IMG/VR virus record: IMGVR_UViG_3300028591_000012
Coordinates: 32,001 to 96,000 of that record
Direction: 5' to 3' (one strand)
DNA from: a virus
Lineage: Duplodnaviria > Caudoviricetes
DNA: 64,000 bases
Part shown: positions 55,006 through 63,513 of the stretch, one piece after another
Position numbering within the stretch: position 1 is the stretch's first letter
Layout: each line of letters begins with the position of its first letter
Translations under genes and position numbers: made by a program
The notes under the pieces: generated by a model
The model's database searches: none
What the model saw: the letters and a program-made list of their open reading frames with translations, nothing else
Told to the model about the DNA's origin: nothing

Positions 55006-55985
55006 AATTTTCTCCTTAGATAACTGTTTTGTAGTATTGAACTTTATCTTCATCATCAATGTAATCGAGATAAAACTTCTTTTTTATTTCTTCTTCACAA
55101 TATTTTGTTAGTTGACTTTTTGTGTAAAAGAACAATTCGATATCACTTTCTAATTGTAAGCAGAACATACACTTCATAATCAGTTCTCCCTTTTTACGAT
55201 AATCAAATTACCATTGCGTTCATCACAGACAATATCCACAATATCATCAAGCATTTTAGTCTGCTTGTTTTCAATAACGATGTCCTTATCCCAATCAGGA
55301 TACATTCTTAACAGATCAAAAAAATCTCTTACTTTCATAGTTTACTCCTTGTTCATTTCTTCGAAGTATGAAATCCAACCGCCAGCTTCCTTAAGGTTTT
55401 CTTTCAAGTTCTCTTCATTCCAATAAGTGAAGCAGTAATATGCTTTTGCACACCCACGCTTACTTATCCAATAACTCACTTTGTCATTAAAGGCATTGTT
55501 TACTTTGGTAAGAACATAGTCACAAAAGATGTAATTGCCTTTACCATCTTCTTTCCAAGCTCCCATATAAATCTCCTTATTTATTTATTACTGTTTTAGC
55601 TTTTATAAAAAGCATTAAACTCTTTAGTCTGCTTTTCAAGTATGTTTTTATACATTATCAATACTCCTTAAATCTTCCGTAATCACAATTGAATACATCA
55701 AAAGCAATCGTGTCATAATTAATGTTCAATCCCTGTCCAATTAAGTATTCAAGAATACACGAAAGTTCGTTTGTCTGTTCACCTTGCTCACTTAATTCTT
55801 CATACGCACTTTCAATTTCAAAGTTGATGTCTACATCACTTGGGTAATCAATTGAATAGATAGCGTCTAAGTTGTTGTTATCATCAGAATAGTAACTGAC
55901 GATATTTTTATGAGTCATTTCCATAACATCTCCTTCCTGCTTATAAGCAAGCTGATAAACTCTCTCTGTAAATGCTCACACCGAA

Positions 55986-56725
55986 TGGCAGTGTCTATAA
56001 CAATTTGATTTGAAACAGCAGCTCATCCAGGTATTCACTGGATGAGCTGCTGTCTTAATGAAATTCGGTTCTTGCATTTACACTCTGCTGACAGATACTC
56101 ATTACTTGTGGCAGTGACTATAATGGTTTGATTTAATACCTGCTTCATTCTGGATTTATCTCCAGACGGAAGCAGGTATGTATAAATCGTAAGTACCTTG
56201 TATCTGTAATTCTGCTAGGGAATACTCATAACTTATGGCAGTGTCTTTAAGGGTTTGATTAAGTCCTGAATTCCAGATGAATCTTTGTCATCTGGAATTC
56301 AGGAAGCATAAATCGACAGTTCCTTGTATTCCCATTTCTGCTGACATACTCAAAACGATTGGTCGTAACTTTAATTCTTTGATATTAGACGCCGGCTGGC
56401 ACCTTACTTAAGATGTAAAGCCGGCGTCAACATTAAATTGTTCGTTTCTTGTATGTTTATTTCGACTTGGTATACTTATTGCTCACGGTCTAACTATAAA
56501 GGCTTGATTGAAGCCTCCTGGAGACAGGACTTTGACCTAGTCTCCAGGAGGGTGATATAAATTATAAGCACCTTGTATACCCGATTGACTGATACACTCA
56601 AACATTACGGCCAGTTACTTTACATCTTTGATTAAGATGATCCAGCAGCAGTATGTTGTTTTACTGCTGCTGGATCATCGAATAAATTGTAATGTTCTTG
56701 TGTATAATTCCCTGACTAGAATGTT
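55986..56725 (-). ncRNA. Array of six ~124-nt structured ncRNA units with conserved scaffold and variable hairpins, at the 3' end of the RT operon
   Basis: TTGAT anchors at 56005, 56128, 56255, 56379, 56504, 56628 (spacing 123-127); each followed by a unique GC-rich hairpin, then AAAT..CTTG(T/C)(A/G)T..CTGCT/GACT..A(T/C)ACT; covarying pairings. Confidence 0.85.
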
Positions 56726-56729
56726 TGAT

Positions 56730-57605
56730 TTACCACTTTAATTCAAAGTGAGATTTAGCAACTGCAAGAGTAAGAACTGAAAGAAGAATATCCCATCTTC
56801 TGAATCTTGGCTCATAAGATACGATGTCACTAAATACTGAGTTCACGGCGTTCAATGATTCATCCATATCTTTGCAGTCAGGCAGAATCATTCCGTGAGT
56901 GCGGATAATGTTCTGAAGTGTGTAGTAAGCACCTGCACCTTTGAAACAGTTGAGCCAACGCTGTGGAATGTTAGTTCCATGAACGCACCATTTAGTAGAA
57001 TTGATTACTCCAAGAAGCTGTTTATAAGATTCTGCATTGTTGATACGTCCACGGACATTGCTATAGGTTGAAGTCCAATAACAATTGTAACTGTCAAGTT
57101 CCATAAAGATTTTTTTCAAGTCGTCAAGTGTAAAGAACTCGAAACGAACATCTTTGCCTTTCAATCCTTTTCGCTCCAACTTGATGAGAAGTTCAAGCTC
57201 ACGTTTTGTCTGCTTGAAAACATAAGTTGTGTTGTAACGTCCACGAACTGCGTGAGTCCAACCTTTCGGGTCTTTGAGTAAACGGAATGTTTGTGCGGTT
57301 ATAAATCTGCGGAACAATTCTGGATTTCTTATAAAACCTCCTTTTGAAATTTCTTTAATGATTGGATCGTCATCATCAAAAAGCTCTTTGAGTGAGTTGT
57401 TAGTCTGTATAAGAGTTTGCAATTTATCAACATTTATTCCTGCTGACTTTAATGCTTCAAGACGTGCAGCGGTTCTATTTTCATTGCGAATTGTTTTAGG
57501 AATGAGATATGCAATCCCATCTTTGATATTTGTGTTTGAAATAGAATCTTTGTTTCCCAACATAAAATCTGAACCACAGTTTGGACAGCGAACTTCTAAT
57601 GCCAT
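56730..57605 (-). CDS. Unknown 291-aa protein, candidate RT accessory
   Basis: AGGAG RBS; N-terminal CPNCG; its stop codon abuts the ncRNA array. Confidence 0.75.
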   Translation of the reverse strand: MALEVRCPNCGSDFMLGNKDSISNTNIKDGIAYLIPKTIRNENRTAARLEALKSAGINVDKLQTLIQTNNSLKELFDDDDPIIKEISKGGFIRNPELFRRFITAQTFRLLKDPKGWTHAVRGRYNTTYVFKQTKRELELLIKLERKGLKGKDVRFEFFTLDDLKKIFMELDSYNCYWTSTYSNVRGRINNAESYKQLLGVINSTKWCVHGTNIPQRWLNCFKGAGAYYTLQNIIRTHGMILPDCKDMDESLNAVNSVFSDIVSYEPRFRRWDILLSVLTLAVAKSHFELKW

Positions 57606-57617
57606 AATTATTTCTCC

Positions 57618-58355
57618 TTATAAAAATTGTTCTTTATAACTAAATTCTCCATAATACTTTTCTTCGTATTGTTTTCTCAAAGCAATAGCATCTGCTAAGT
57701 TATCGAAATAACCTACAGCTCTTTCCTTGCCATCGAATTTGAATCTAGTTTCCCATTTGTTCATTTGTGTAATAAACCTAACACCTTTTACACCTGATTT
57801 ATTTCGTGTATTAGGTCTTTGATTAAACATATTTTGTTGTTGTGTACAAACTCTTAGATTTGTTTTTCTATTGTCAGAAGGATTATGGTTTATATGGTCA
57901 ACAACCAATTTTGTGTCTGTACAATCCATTAGGTATCTGTGTAATCTCAAACCTTTTCTTCCTTCATCAGTACGAGTCGCACTAACCACATACCCTCTTG
58001 AATTAACAGTCCAGCAATACTCTAAAACCTTATTTAAATCTTCAATATCAATGAAAAATTCTCTATCTTTAGCGTCATACATTTTTACAACATTTCCGTT
58101 TATCTCATATCTATTCTTTTTTATAGAACAGACTTTTTGATAACAACCGCAAGAAACTGTATTTCCACTTATTAGGTTAGATGTTCTTAATGTGATAATT
58201 TGGCGTTCACTTTCTGGAAGTTCTTTTTGACAATCACAAACACAATACCAAAACCTAACTAAGCGTCCGCTTATATCTCTTGCAGATGGAGCTTTACCGA
58301 TAACTGTTAACCTACCGAACTTTGAGCCTGTTAAATCTTCATATTTTAATTTCAT
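57618..58355 (-). CDS. HNH homing endonuclease with AP2-like C-terminal domain
   Basis: DLTGSKFGRLTV...SCGC; LHRYLM...VDHINHNPSDNRKTNLR; NKSGVKGV...GYF. Confidence 0.88.
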   Translation of the reverse strand: MKLKYEDLTGSKFGRLTVIGKAPSARDISGRLVRFWYCVCDCQKELPESERQIITLRTSNLISGNTVSCGCYQKVCSIKKNRYEINGNVVKMYDAKDREFFIDIEDLNKVLEYCWTVNSRGYVVSATRTDEGRKGLRLHRYLMDCTDTKLVVDHINHNPSDNRKTNLRVCTQQQNMFNQRPNTRNKSGVKGVRFITQMNKWETRFKFDGKERAVGYFDNLADAIALRKQYEEKYYGEFSYKEQFL

Positions 58356-58420
58356 TATATTACCTCTGCTAAAAACATAGGTTGAAATAAAACATAGCTT
58401 AAACAGTCAACGCGATAGGT

Positions 58421-58825
58421 CTATAAACAATCATTAGTAAACCATTTTTTGAAAAGGACTAACTTTGAGTCCTTGTTGCTCTGCCAATACCATTTATCAC
58501 CAAAATCCCACTTTTGATTGATAATCAAACCGAGTACGAATAATTCTAATTTTGCTCTCGCCACGTATCTACTTTCGTTTTCAGCAAGCTGTTTTGTACT
58601 CAACTTTGGTTCATCAAATGCAAAGAAGTATTTTGAATCTGCTTTGGCACTAGGTACTGAATATTTATAGTTTTTGAACAACTCCAACAACTTTTCTTCA
58701 ACATTGTCCGGCAGTTCAAAATCTATATCCACTAAAAAACCATTCAGTCGAACTTCTTTTTTCTTGAAGCTGATTCTGTATGGTTCACCGTCTTCTACTC
58801 TCTTAATGAACTCCGTTACTGTCAT
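58421..58825 (-). CDS. Unknown 134-aa protein, candidate RT accessory
   Basis: ATGA-coupled to the upstream ORF in the RT operon; YKYSVPS and WYWQS motifs. Confidence 0.7.
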   Translation of the reverse strand: MTVTEFIKRVEDGEPYRISFKKKEVRLNGFLVDIDFELPDNVEEKLLELFKNYKYSVPSAKADSKYFFAFDEPKLSTKQLAENESRYVARAKLELFVLGLIINQKWDFGDKWYWQSNKDSKLVLFKKWFTNDCL

Positions 58826-59022
58826 AAGTGTTCCTTTTGTTGTTTAGCCTTAATCCCTTTCCAACCACCGCTGATAATAGCTTCAAGTCCAAGTGGTTTA
58901 GTATGAATTGCTTTGCAAACCTTACACTTATCAAATTCTGTAATTGGACAATAACCTTGCTTTTTCCATTCACACAAACTTTGACGACCTTTTAACAATT
59001 GTTCCCTTGTATATTTTCTCAT
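58822..59022 (-). CDS. Small Cys-containing hypothetical protein
   Basis: ATGA overlap with the RT stop codon; C..C..CKVC. Confidence 0.55.
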   Translation of the reverse strand: MRKYTREQLLKGRQSLCEWKKQGYCPITEFDKCKVCKAIHTKPLGLEAIISGGWKGIKAKQQKEHL

Positions 59023-60263
59023 AAAGACCTCACCAAGTTATCGAACATATCTCTGTTCCCTAATGCTTTCTTTGCAGCATAAAGTGAGAGATAACCGTCA
59101 AGTTCTTTTGGAGTTCTCTGACGGTTTGTAGTTACGTTCTTACCCCTTCCACGAGTAACAACCCCATCTTTCTTTTCCAACTCAACACCAAGACCGCCTA
59201 AGTCAAATCTTTGTGTCTGACTTGCCCTTAAACAATCCATAACGTAGGTATTGAGTGTCTGAATGTCTGTAACATTATTGATGTAAGCAAGTACGCCTTT
59301 CGCCCAACAATACTGACCGTTATACAAATAGCGGTTTACTGAATGTACTGCCGACTTATAGGAGTTTGCTTTCTTACAACGACTAAAGATTTCTTTCTGA
59401 AAGTTCTTCAGCCGTTTCTTTGAGAGAGAGATTTCAGTTCCGCGAATCATAAACCCCAGGAATTTGAAGAATCTGTCTTTTGTGAGAACTTCAACTTTCT
59501 TTGGATTAAGAATGAGTTCCTTTTCGTTTAATCTGCGTTCAAGTATTTCCCGACCTTTTTCCCACTCGTTACCGATAATGAGAATGTCATCGGAATACCG
59601 AACATAGTAAACGTCAAGATTTTTGATTTCTTCATCCATTTCATAAAGAACTGCATTAGCAAGAAAGGAAGCTACCGCACAACCTTGTTTAAGTGACTGA
59701 AAATGTTCAATAACTTTTCCGTGTTCATCAATACAGAAGTCACATTCATAGTAACGTCTGAGAAGATTGATGACCGCAGATTTACCGACAATCTGTTCAA
59801 CCTTATCAAATACTTCTTCAATGAATCGCAACGGAACGCTATCAAAGTATTTGGATAAGTCTGCCTTAATCCCGATTGTTTCAAGTTTACAGTCACTAAT
59901 CTTGCTTACAACTTCACGAACAACCTTTCCGCAAGACAGACTAGTCTGATACGCTTTTGAACGTTCTGAGATTAAACTTCCGCAGAACTCAAACAACATA
60001 TCGTTGATGATTTGAAGTATGATACGGTCAATGTTTTCATTGATGTACACTATACGAATACCGCCATCATCTTTAGGAATTGCCTGCTGATGTGGTGGAA
60101 TGATACTGTACTCATTGTCACGTATCATCTTGTAAAGTTTTGTGAGAGTTGCCGGATTACAGTAATGCTCCAACTCTGAATATGGCATATCTTTATCTAC
60201 CGCAATCTGAATGGCTTTCTCCCACCTTTCACGCTTGAACATTTCTTCCAAGAGTTTGTCCAT
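59019..60263 (-). CDS. Reverse transcriptase, not a canonical retron, DGR or group II type
   Basis: IPKDDGGIR, ADLSKYFDSV, LKQGCAVASFLAN, YVRYSDD catalytic motif, LNPKK, FLGF; AGGAG RBS. Confidence 0.93.
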   Translation of the reverse strand: MDKLLEEMFKRERWEKAIQIAVDKDMPYSELEHYCNPATLTKLYKMIRDNEYSIIPPHQQAIPKDDGGIRIVYINENIDRIILQIINDMLFEFCGSLISERSKAYQTSLSCGKVVREVVSKISDCKLETIGIKADLSKYFDSVPLRFIEEVFDKVEQIVGKSAVINLLRRYYECDFCIDEHGKVIEHFQSLKQGCAVASFLANAVLYEMDEEIKNLDVYYVRYSDDILIIGNEWEKGREILERRLNEKELILNPKKVEVLTKDRFFKFLGFMIRGTEISLSKKRLKNFQKEIFSRCKKANSYKSAVHSVNRYLYNGQYCWAKGVLAYINNVTDIQTLNTYVMDCLRASQTQRFDLGGLGVELEKKDGVVTRGRGKNVTTNRQRTPKELDGYLSLYAAKKALGNRDMFDNLVRSL

Positions 60264-60293
60264 AATTACTCCTTTCTGCTTAAGCAGATTTAT

Positions 60294-60330
60294 AGTTTAT
60301 TATAATAAACTATTATATTATTATTGTAAA
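60294..60330 (-). promoter_or_regulatory. RT-operon promoter overlapped by the phage palindromic operator
   Basis: AGTTTATTATAATAAACT at 60294-60311; minus strand TTTACA-17 bp-TATTAT. Confidence 0.6.
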
Positions 60331-60354
60331 CAACAATAAACTTACATAGGCATT

Positions 60355-60380
60355 AAAAAACCGCAGTACTAAACTGCGGT
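60355..60380 (-). terminator. Intrinsic terminator separating the RT operon from upstream genes
   Basis: Minus strand ACCGCAGT-TTAGT-ACTGCGGT followed by a T run. Confidence 0.75.
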
Positions 60381-60707
60381 CATACCAAGTCTTTCTCTTG
60401 TGGCGTCATAAATACCTTTCGGCTTAATGACTTCAATACAGTCTGCATAAACTTTCAAGCCCTTATGACCTGAAGAGTTTATGTCTACTTTCAAATGACC
60501 GGTTATTAAAACAGTATCGCCTTTCTGTATAGACGTTTTAGCAATCTGTTTCTTATCAGTCATAATTGTGTTGAATACAGATTCTGCGTTAGTCACTACA
60601 CCGCCGAAATTGTGCGGACTTGTGATTGCAATTTTTGTGATGAAGGCTTCTGAATCTGCCATATAACAGTTCAAAACCTTTCCTTCGACTTCAACCTTAT
60701 TTTTCAT
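60369..60707 (-). CDS. SSB-like OB-fold protein
   Basis: NKVEVEGKV...KGDTVLITGHLK...VYADCIEV. Confidence 0.55.
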   Translation of the reverse strand: MKNKVEVEGKVLNCYMADSEAFITKIAITSPHNFGGVVTNAESVFNTIMTDKKQIAKTSIQKGDTVLITGHLKVDINSSGHKGLKVYADCIEVIKPKGIYDATRERLGMTAV

Positions 60708-61032
60708 CTGTTTTCTTCTCCTTTTTTGAATGTGGTTTTACTTCAAGATGTTCACAAATTACGACAACTTTAGACTTCTTCTGTCCATCTTCTTCATAGA
60801 ACTTCTGTTTAAGATGTCCTACAAGTCTTACACCGCTACCAACTTCAATACGATTTGCAAAGTCAGCAAAATTGCCATAACATTCGCACTCAAAAGCTGA
60901 AACCGAAGTTACGATTTTATCATCAGCGTCTTTGAAGACTCTGCTAGAAGTTACTGTGATAACTACTCCATTGTCGATTGATTCTTTTTTCTGAAGTTCA
61001 CCTTCAAGAATTAAACAGTTTAATTGATTCAT
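60697..61032 (-). CDS. SSB-like OB-fold protein lacking the acidic tail
   Basis: MNQLNCLILEG...FECECYG...GVRLVGHLKQ...SKVVVICEHLEVKP. Confidence 0.75.
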   Translation of the reverse strand: MNQLNCLILEGELQKKESIDNGVVITVTSSRVFKDADDKIVTSVSAFECECYGNFADFANRIEVGSGVRLVGHLKQKFYEEDGQKKSKVVVICEHLEVKPHSKKEKKTDEK

Positions 61033-61250
61033 AAAATACTCCTTGCTTGTTTCAAGCTGATTAAACTCTCTCTAATTTTAGATAATTCCATTTTCCCTAA
61101 ACTCACGGAGTAATCCGTAACGTTTACCAAGCTTTTCAAAATAGTTACCCCAATAAACGTATTCGCTCATATAGTGGTCTTTTTCTGAAAACTTATTCTG
61201 CCATTCAATAGCTTCATCGCGAGCCTTAGCTTTTCGTTCTGCGTATGTCA

Positions 61251-62009
61251 TTAGGCAGCCTCTCTTTTGTAATCGTAACCGACAATCTCAAAGTATCTGT
61301 AAAGGTCTGAAATAACCTTATTGTCTTTATCCGTGAGATTTCCGTTCTGATAACGTTCATCAATTCCTTTTGCACCGATACAGCGAAGAACGCGAAGGAA
61401 CTCAAATTCATCGTGACTTTCATAATTGTAGTGTTCAAAGTTCCACTGATAACCTAATTTTGTATTTTCATCAGCACAATCTCTTGACGGCATAAATACC
61501 ATAAGGTTGTCGCCAGAAATCAACATTAAAGAGTTTTCTGAAGCTTTGCGGTAATCAGTGTCTTCTTTGTGACAGTAAAGCTTGGCGTCTGGGTAACATT
61601 CCATAAAGTGAACGACACACTCCCACACATTAAACAGAATTGTAGAACGGTTAGGTAAAACATATCGGAACGCAATCCAGTTCCCGATTTTCTTGTGAAT
61701 TGAGAACAAAGACTTCAAAGCCTTAAATTCTTTTACGATAACTTCATTTGGTGAAACATTTGTCATTTCAATCATATCATTCATATCGGGAATAACTTTT
61801 TGAACATTCGGGAACTGTCCGTCGATGTAAGTAAGTTCTTTTGAAACGATTTTGTCTTCAAACTTTTCGGGATAGTTTGTTTTCACTTTTACCGCAACAT
61901 AACCGTTTGTAGCCCACTTGTAACCGTCTTTGTGATAAACACCACACATAAATGCCCTTGCTCTTGTTTCTGATGAAACGTATTTGTAAAAATCCAATGT
62001 CTTTGCCAT
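61251..62009 (-). CDS. Phage protein with beta-clamp-like segment
   Basis: FMCGVY...ATNGY...IDGQFPNVQKVIP resembles the DnaN ATDG and G.FP motifs; start taken at MAKTL after GGAGG. Confidence 0.45.
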   Translation of the reverse strand: MAKTLDFYKYVSSETRARAFMCGVYHKDGYKWATNGYVAVKVKTNYPEKFEDKIVSKELTYIDGQFPNVQKVIPDMNDMIEMTNVSPNEVIVKEFKALKSLFSIHKKIGNWIAFRYVLPNRSTILFNVWECVVHFMECYPDAKLYCHKEDTDYRKASENSLMLISGDNLMVFMPSRDCADENTKLGYQWNFEHYNYESHDEFEFLRVLRCIGAKGIDERYQNGNLTDKDNKVISDLYRYFEIVGYDYKREAA

Positions 62010-62662
62010 AATAATCCTCCTTTTAGGCAATATCTTCTTCTTCATCTTCAAAGTAACCCCAATCACTCACAACTTTCTCAAACAATTCGTCAAGATAATC
62101 TGCAAGTGAATTAAAGTCACTCAGCTTAGTTATATTCCCGATATACGACGACGTATCACAAACTTCATACGTTTCTTCATCGTATGGCATTGTAAAGTCA
62201 ATGTCGTAATTGCTCTGCATCATTGTTCCTGGCTCTTGATACGCAATCTTTGCACAGATACGCCAAGTTCCGTCTTTGTAAATGTCATCATCATCTTCTG
62301 CAAAACCGTCTTCCCACCCGACAACGATAGACCATTCACGACCTTTATCATCAGTAAGCTTATGCCAATGACAACAGCCACACTTTTCTTTCATCAGCCA
62401 TTCAACTGACTTTCTTAAACTACTACCACGTAATTTCATAACTGCTCCATTATTTTCCAACCTATACCTTCTGCTTTTACAGAATACCCAAACTTCTCAA
62501 AAAACAACTTGACGTTTTCACAAATCGTAGTTGTAAAGCCTTTTGTCTTTATGTTGTTATACCCAATCATTACTTCTGACCTTTCATAAGGTGTAGTTAA
62601 TCCTTTAGGCATAACGCCTTTATTGTTACATTCGGTAACATACTTAAAAAGTGATTTTTTCA

Positions 62663-63454
62663 TTATGCAATCTCCTTTACAGTTGATTCAGCTGAAACGT
62701 CAAACTCGAATACTATAAGCTGCTGCCCCTGTAAAACATCAAGGTTACCTTCTTCAATTGCCTGCAAAACTACATTTTCATCAAGAAGTTCATTATTGCC
62801 CGAAAACTCTTTAATGATGTTTATAGCGTCTTTTTCTTCATCGTTACCTAAATAATAACCCCAACAACTGTCACCACTCCACTTATCCCACTGTTCAAGC
62901 TCTGTGTCATATTCTTCAGTAACACAACCATAAACTTCGCCACGACACCATTGATCAAGAGTGTGAATTTCACCTTCAAGAATTTCTTCAGCCCATTTCT
63001 TTGTTTCTTCTGCGGTATGACTTCTGCGGTAACTTCTGACTTCTTTACTGTCTTTTGGAATGTAAGCGAATCCAATAGCTGAATAATCCCAACCACGACA
63101 ATAACCTGAATAAACACATATTCCCGAATGGTCGTAAACTGAAACATACGTGAAAGCAGCACACTTTTCTTTGATAAACTTTTCAACAAGCTTTTCAATA
63201 CCGCCATATCGCTTTTTGTTGTTATAATACCAATCTTCATTGATACCTGTTTCTGCAATAAGCCAGTCTTCAATGTCATCAGTTTCAATATCACCACGAC
63301 CGCAAAGATTGTATCCTGAAGCATTTACGATAACAGACAGATTATCCCATTCTCTTGGGCTTTCTGGGTCATTATCATAAGCAAAATAAGCACGGTGTAA
63401 TTTGCCGTTCTCAAACCAACACTTACAAGGTAAATAATCATTTCTTGTACTCAT
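62663..63454 (-). CDS. Conserved hypothetical phage protein
   Basis: PESPREWDNL, YDHSG, WD..GF, GEVYG, DSCWGYY motifs. Confidence 0.65.
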   Translation of the reverse strand: MSTRNDYLPCKCWFENGKLHRAYFAYDNDPESPREWDNLSVIVNASGYNLCGRGDIETDDIEDWLIAETGINEDWYYNNKKRYGGIEKLVEKFIKEKCAAFTYVSVYDHSGICVYSGYCRGWDYSAIGFAYIPKDSKEVRSYRRSHTAEETKKWAEEILEGEIHTLDQWCRGEVYGCVTEEYDTELEQWDKWSGDSCWGYYLGNDEEKDAINIIKEFSGNNELLDENVVLQAIEEGNLDVLQGQQLIVFEFDVSAESTVKEIA

Positions 63455-63484
63455 AAAAATCTCCTTGCCGATTACTCGGCTAAT

Positions 63485-63513
63485 AAAAAAGGCTAGGAAT
63501 TAAACCTAGCCTT
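63485..63513 (-). terminator. Intrinsic terminator
   Basis: AAGGCTAGG-AATTAAA-CCTAGCCTT with a minus-strand T run. Confidence 0.7.

Noticed and set aside
55986-56725. CRISPR array
   Set aside because: No identical direct repeats; the hairpins are the variable part; the ~124-nt period is too long; no cas genes recognised.
56725-56750. Seventh array unit (TTGATT followed by a CACTTT/AAAGTG hairpin)
   Set aside because: Off-period (97 nt), only a 6-bp stem, lacks the other scaffold motifs and lies in the last codons of the 291-aa ORF.
59019-60263. DGR, group II intron or classical retron RT
   Set aside because: No TR/VR pair with adenine-specific mismatches seen and the motif is QG..VAS rather than the DGR-type G..TSQ; no intron domain V/VI after the ORF; no retron NAxxH/VTG motifs or upstream msr-msd with a1/a2 repeats.
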